Part shown: piece after piece, positions 60,601 to 64,000 of the stretch
Numbering within the stretch: position 1 is the stretch's first letter
How the letters are laid out: each line of letters opens with the position of its first letter
Assembly: GCA_963977015.1 (NCBI GenBank)
Contig: CAXBMO010000005.1
Coordinates: 64,001-128,000 of the forward strand
Reading direction: 5' to 3'
Source: an uncultured bacterium
GTDB taxonomy: Bacteria > Verrucomicrobiota > Verrucomicrobiia > Verrucomicrobiales > DEV007
DNA: 64,000 nt
Notes under the pieces: model-generated
The model's input: the letters and a program-made list of their open reading frames with translations, nothing else
Told to the model about the DNA's origin: nothing
Database searches by the model: none
Program-made: the position numbers and the translations under genes

Positions 60601-61666
60601 CCCGCACAATGGCGCCCGCCTGAACTTCAATCCGACCGGATTCAGCATTCCCCCCGATCTGGACGGTTCCGCCCTCCGGCCCCGACGCACTAACGTTCGC
60701 ATCAGCCAGAAGGTTGACACTCTGTCCTGAAATATTCACTGAACCTCCCCGATCCCGACTGGAGTTGGCATTGAGAATTCCGCCGATCTGAATCTCCCCC
60801 ATACCCGAGGTAATTTCGATAGCACCGGAGTTGGCGACTGAAATCTCGCCGGTGGTCGAAACATTCCCCTGCACGGCGCTGAGCACGACACGACCACCTT
60901 CATTGTTGACGCCTCCGGCGCGAATGGCCCCCGTGTTATTGACGGCAAGGGCACCGACATTTCCGTGAGCTTTCAATTCCGCCATGGCGGAAACAATTTC
61001 GCCCGTGTTCGTTACACTTCCTTCTCCCGCACTGACGAAGAGCCGTTCACTTCCATTGGACTTGAACAAGACGTTGTTCCCAGCAGCAAGACCAACGGTT
61101 CCATCAACCGCACCAATCACCCCGTGGTTGGCAACCGTCCGACCGACGAGAAAGACATCGCCGCCAGCGGCATTGATGGTTCCAAAGTTGACGGTATCCC
61201 CAATTCCACCGTTGAAGTTCATGTCTCCTCCGGCCATGAAAGCCTCATTACTGACATCCAGTGACGAAGCCAAAAATCCAAAAACATCAACCGTTCCGGT
61301 CGGGCCGATCACGACGCCATTCTGGTTGATCAACCAGACGTTTCCATTTCCCCGCAGGGCTCCGTTGATCGCGGACGGACTCCCGCCGACAACCCGGTTC
61401 AAGACCGCGGATGACGCACCGGGCTGAAAGAACTGAGTCAATTGACCGCTATCGATCGAGAAGTTTTCCCATTCAATCACGGCTCGATCAGAAAATTGCT
61501 CAATCGAGAGCGTGTTTCCGGATGGGTCGTGAATCTGCGCATCACCCAAGATAATGCTTCCCCCACTCGGGTTGGACCAAACATTGACAGGCAGCCAAAT
61601 CATGGACGGAGTCAGAATCAACAAGACCAGCGCCTGGAAGAAAGTTTTTTGGCGAAGGTTTTTCAT
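54674..61666 (-). CDS. Giant filamentous-haemagglutinin-like (TPS domain) exoprotein, ~2330 aa
   Basis: Signal peptide; AVIEWENFSI, AVLNRVVG, INQNG TPS domain; GGFVEVSG, GTLLLDP; about 20 IG(H/N)GG-type repeats. Confidence 0.9.
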   Translation of the reverse strand: MKNLRQKTFFQALVLLILTPSMIWLPVNVWSNPSGGSIILGDAQIHDPSGNTLSIEQFSDRAVIEWENFSIDSGQLTQFFQPGASSAVLNRVVGGSPSAINGALRGNGNVWLINQNGVVIGPTGTVDVFGFLASSLDVSNEAFMAGGDMNFNGGIGDTVNFGTINAAGGDVFLVGRTVANHGVIGAVDGTVGLAAGNNVLFKSNGSERLFVSAGEGSVTNTGEIVSAMAELKAHGNVGALAVNNTGAIRAGGVNNEGGRVVLSAVQGNVSTTGEISVANSGAIEITSGMGEIQIGGILNANSSRDRGGSVNISGQSVNLLADANVSASGPEGGTVQIGGNAESGRIEVQAGAIVRADGNTGIGGMVDLRAGDIVIYGNSTLGADGETEGGVLSLTGSGLVSVDGVASANGRVGNGGRIAISGENVMIGQTGNVVADGGNNGGLINVSAVDTATIAGQVNSNGETGDGGSILVVGTDVEVGVVGSVNANGASGGTINLQAADGLSILGSVSAVGSENSGGTINATGDEVEVGPQALVDASGVSGGDINIGGGFQGNGALRNSSKTTVAAGALVRANGSDGDGGNVVIWSDGETQFHGRIEAEGAGIGNGGFVEVSGADQLTFRGNVSTLSQNGAVGTLLLDPTDVTIVDGAATNSSGATLTDDDVNAALAANNLIIHTAGAGTDIGNILVDNDVRIEWGAPNSNSMIGGARYAENFHSFTLLATGNITVEGHIISNGMGNVNLFAGWNGTTGIPSTPTDPAGIANTDNEGIGGNIGLSQLLSFGTPSSELTRGTVRLNTSVNDQAVQVGSRFGETNVVARDLILEVPLGGSHRFAHLGYRPTTNVESGGAGVYGLINSSTHREGANGAATGSIDLTATDLGAAVLASDSTGDINVELQGSLHMLGEQGNGDSYKYTQIGHGGNGVNDAGGNGIGFDLINADSSGDITVNAGLGSAPSAILLQAGREGGYSRIGNGGMANPDNADDARGAGAFMGDISVVNHGTGDIVAQGNEGNGWAGFAQIGNGGYRNGRTYDQTEGVDTNNANVRDSALNFDTTLGPRAFDPDLLTPDGNPVGDRGDITVDATNGNVIFEAGTSSRSAAIVGHGGHERAGNIGMFDANGNVIEKANISVKGNSVLFLNKEDADDQRIVRIGHGGYQSPGNIAGDIEVEARLSDVRFEAGAREGYAQIGHGGVIATWNTNQQGVQGTLQGDIDVKAANNIHFRSGGSPNPNDDARAYSQIGHGGFGWVALSEGPNRLLNNGHHGDITVNAGGSIDFMSGRPDEFIPDNSQHAMIGHGGNNTRGDHYGKITVNAGTGIRFEAVAGWDSAKQDAGADTILGTDDDVYSLGDATGDGNFVMIGHGGKNPDFENNQSNNGGRQEEQLGGIAGSSRDSSIIVTTTTGDIEFIAPQSSNSNLAMVQNVTGGRFNDEADDLFTLRAVKSHAAIGHTLTDGAAFNVGGIGGDITVTANDGAILFVGSDIQQGYSNHTSQPTPDAFSSRRSEQNFTQIGHGGVVVRGNKVGSITVSAKNDISFKAGMGRHGQAMIGHGGYDADSGGGNGNLAGVQGVMAEGDISVISTMGSVYVHGGNGDAAIEIADYSWGQIGHGGRSSAGSILNSDITVRAGGGDVEVHAGHGYRELWAIIGHGGRDSRAEFWDGDINVYAQNNISIRGTESAYNQGNNFGQIGHGGFDTDIQGDNNDAYNNGTTVTGQIDVVAATGDIILLAGVDNTSAASGGAGNFQYEGDLLTETVTDSTAGTTSQGYIYGGGDLTSDANRRAQGGHAAIGHGGQHNNLTVIDQNLNVTAGNDLIVAAGEFRDARAGIGHGGDIDAWGGNRSRRRTVLSGDIDVTVGDDMLVYAGSGDNASVKIGHGDYRTINERNAVETGIDGRGRETRWEGNIAVKVGDDLILDADESNVSIGLDDGRNFSNGSSSFTAYGTQDTFDPGDLDFNRVMIGHRDSTDNRANHNGVVSRVGNTYIAVSRDNPTIAGTGSITTRVSPGNANGVAISSASNGLFGELRVYAPTRASAMNIATGTLFNAGSYQGTATSGNKRADEYEATEFTFNLHDPDTTDPPVGSFTPENDPAKSYALINSFGRYGLYLANPNDLYIPGGGLTPINAGRGGGGDPLPFIRRARIISQPIVITIPTKKAAVIPPTPTVSVGFDGTPIIFVGGTVEELQSSISNTLDTRGVERFDGNDVVDDQIGDALAELFEQNAGDDQSGADYSSIPVGSTGSGFTSAAISGSDNVMTPLTVALQTRVENGRVMISLALVETFGAGDALQQTTSRAQSSAPPSVPTPAPAPPESEPFGAGGGMEEGGADGFDSFFQ

Positions 61667-62387
61667 AAGCGGGGGGGTGTTGGGGGATCTGTCCTGGTTC
61701 CTTCCAGGGGGGCAATTGCAGGGGCTTAGTATAATTTGTCGTCGAGCCAAAATTTGTGACAAATTCGCTCGCTGGAGGCATTGAATCAGAAAGTAGCTAA
61801 ATAGAACAACCCTAAAGTTGTGTTTCAGGGTCGGCCTGAAGGTTGGGACGTGTCACAACGGGTCATTTCCCTTTCGGACAGGGCTTGTCTCCCGGCATTC
61901 GACTTGCCTTATTTGGATAAAAACTTCGCCCCAGAATTGTTGGAGAGGGCTGTCAATTTCATTCAAATTTACAGCCTGTTAGGCCATTACGGCCAATCAG
62001 CATCCCTTCACAAGTTCTGCACCAAGTGCGCCAGTGTATCGAGGGGAAGATATCAGCAGTCCATTCGCCCAAGCGTTCTCCCCCTGACTGACAATGCACC
62101 GTTTGTGGTCGATGACATCCCCTGAACTTGGCTTCCTACTGCATTCGTGCTTTTCAAAGTTAAAGAGCTCGCTCCGCTCGCTAGGCAAAGCCCTTACCGA
62201 AGCCCTTACGGTAGCCGAGGAAACGCTTCACTTTATCGCATGCCTCCTTACCGCCCATGCGGTCCCTCCTTTACGTCAAATTGCGAAGGAGGAGTCTGGA
62301 AGCCTTTGGAACAGATCCCTACTCCAAACAACCACCAGTCATCACTCCGCAACTTGTCGTCGATTCGTCGATTACTCTAACGGACCC

Positions 62388-64000
62388 CTAAAAGGAAAAG
62401 GGGTCATCCTCCATGGCCGGCGTGTCAGCATCCATGGAGAACGGATCCTCCGCCGCCGGGGCACCATCCCCCTCACGGCGTCTTAGTTCCTCGTCGTCCT
62501 GGGTGGCTGGTTGGGTCGGAATCGCAAAGGGATCACTGACCACTGGCGCGGCGTCTACCGTTCCGGTCGATCCGCTTGGCTGGCGCCCCTGCTGCATGGA
62601 GTAAAGTTCATTCATACTGTAGATTCTAAACCCTTGTGAAGCGGATTGAGTTTGAACGGTTCCTGCAAGCCTACTGCGGCGCGGCACTCTGACGATTGTG
62701 TATTCGCCTTCGAGCACCATATCCCCGCTACCTTCAACGGCACTTTCACCTTCCACTTCTCCGGCCGTTGCGGTGGAGTTTGTATCTTCAGGATTCACGA
62801 TCCGGTTCCATTCATCGCTGGTCCGGTAGATTTCCGTATTCGGATCCAGATAGGCATCAACCGCAGCCTGCTGAGTTGGGCTCAACCCAACGAGCGTCTG
62901 AGTGCCGGAGTCATTTGACACCACCTTAACGTTCGGAGGCAAGGTAATGAGGACTGCGTTCTTGCCGCGACCAATCACGATCGCCAGGCCGCCATCGCCA
63001 CCTCTTCCACCACCGCCCCCAACACCGGGGGTGCCGGGGAGAAGTGCTCCGGGAGGTGCGTAGTAAACCGTGTAACCACGACCACCACGATAGCCGACCA
63101 ACAATCCGTTGATGTCTTCCCCAGCCGCAGGCGTGAAGCCGCCCGTGGGAAGCCCTCCCGTCGGCGTCCCACCGCCCACGACCGTGCCGTTTCCACCTTG
63201 TGGTGAAACATAAGGATCTCCGGACACGCTATCCGTGAACTGGAATTCTGCGGCATAGAGTTCGTCGCTGGTCCGCAACTTCGCCACTGAGCTGACCGGG
63301 TTCAAAATCGTATTATCCGAGAATGAACTCTGGAAGGCCTCTCCCGAAGGGTTTGTGTAGGAGGTTCCGTTGAGGCGGGTTCCATTCGCAATGCGGTTGC
63401 TGTTCAACTCCGATCCCAGATCCGGACCGATCGGCAAGTCTCGTCCGGTATCGTTTGGAGTCCGGTTTGGAAGGTAGATTCTCAACTCACTGATCAAGCC
63501 GGATGAGAAAGTCGGCAATACGGTTCGAGTCGTAGGCGAGTCAACCGGCCCAGACTGCACGTCAACCGTTCTGGTGGTCAACGTGCCTGCGCCTTCGATA
63601 AACGGATTGTTCCGGCCAACGGCAATAAAGGTATCCCCCTCAATCGCAAGAGCAGAAGAGATTGAAGAGTCCGCGTGACCGATCTGGCCGCCATTGATGG
63701 TCGCATCCTCGCCAACGGCAACGTTGATATTGCCTTCCCGGAATCCCGTTCCGGATTCATTGTTGTTGGAGAACATGTAGTCGCCATGACCAATCTTGAC
63801 GTAGGCGTTTTGGCCTGCGCCTCCGGCGGTTCCGGCGGTATCCCCTCCCAGGCCATCAGGAGTCGTGATCCCACCGTCGCCCGTATTCATGATGAGGTCG
63901 TTGCCGACCACCACGTTGATATCTCCGCTCATTCCAACCACGGAACCAATGGTTCCCGGGCCACCATTCCCGATTTGCGCGACGGCGAAACCGCCACCAG
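62388..64000 (-). CDS. C-terminal part of a paralogous haemagglutinin-like exoprotein (start outside window)
   Basis: Frame open to the window edge (AQIGNGG at ~63960-63980); VKIGHGD, TFIAVGRNNP, ELRIY and DELYAAEFQF match motifs in the downstream paralog. Confidence 0.88.
   Translation of the reverse strand, partial: GGGFAVAQIGNGGPGTIGSVVGMSGDINVVVGNDLIMNTGDGGITTPDGLGGDTAGTAGGAGQNAYVKIGHGDYMFSNNNESGTGFREGNINVAVGEDATINGGQIGHADSSISSALAIEGDTFIAVGRNNPFIEGAGTLTTRTVDVQSGPVDSPTTRTVLPTFSSGLISELRIYLPNRTPNDTGRDLPIGPDLGSELNSNRIANGTRLNGTSYTNPSGEAFQSSFSDNTILNPVSSVAKLRTSDELYAAEFQFTDSVSGDPYVSPQGGNGTVVGGGTPTGGLPTGGFTPAAGEDINGLLVGYRGGRGYTVYYAPPGALLPGTPGVGGGGGRGGDGGLAIVIGRGKNAVLITLPPNVKVVSNDSGTQTLVGLSPTQQAAVDAYLDPNTEIYRTSDEWNRIVNPEDTNSTATAGEVEGESAVEGSGDMVLEGEYTIVRVPRRSRLAGTVQTQSASQGFRIYSMNELYSMQQGRQPSGSTGTVDAAPVVSDPFAIPTQPATQDDEELRRREGDGAPAAEDPFSMDADTPAMEDDPFSF

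Noticed and set aside
54674-61666. CdiA-type contact-dependent toxin
   Set aside because: No VENN/pre-toxin motif, low-complexity C-terminus, and no small immunity gene downstream
61807-61845. Hairpin TTCAGG/CCTGAA as riboswitch or terminator
   Set aside because: Short stem, no T-tract and no recognisable aptamer consensus
1-64000. CRISPR arrays, tRNA/rRNA, IS elements, prophage
   Set aside because: No spaced direct repeats, cloverleaf signatures, transposase, integrase or phage genes seen by eye; Infernal and tRNAscan were not run

Overview
Chromosomal segment from a bacterium, most likely Verrucomicrobiota (inferred from two PVC-type CxxCH dehydrogenases, ThuA domains, DUF2017/ClpS, a TctC-TctB fusion and weak SD usage). 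It holds about 48 genes. Housekeeping genes include ppdK (3' part), ald, dps, fdhD, serA, clpS and nuoHIJKLMN. Accessory genes include a frameshifted sensor adenylate/guanylate cyclase, a degenerate peptide-type ABC system, a tripartite tricarboxylate transporter, an FHA-MoxR/DUF58 pair facing a tandem-pseudokinase/Sel1 membrane protein, and two tandem giant TPS/haemagglutinin-like exoproteins built from IGHGG repeats. I recognised no rRNA, tRNA, CRISPR array or IS. Best leads: (1) an FmdB-family gene whose UGA is followed by an fdhF-like SECIS hairpin (candidate selenoprotein); (2) a DUF2064 glycosyltransferase-like + mannose-6-phosphate isomerase + DUF1232 triple fusion; (3) the pseudokinase/FHA-MoxR locus; (4) the His-repeat exoproteins; (5) a perfect Rex-type operator upstream of nuoH. 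All family calls come from motif recognition by eye, with no database searches.
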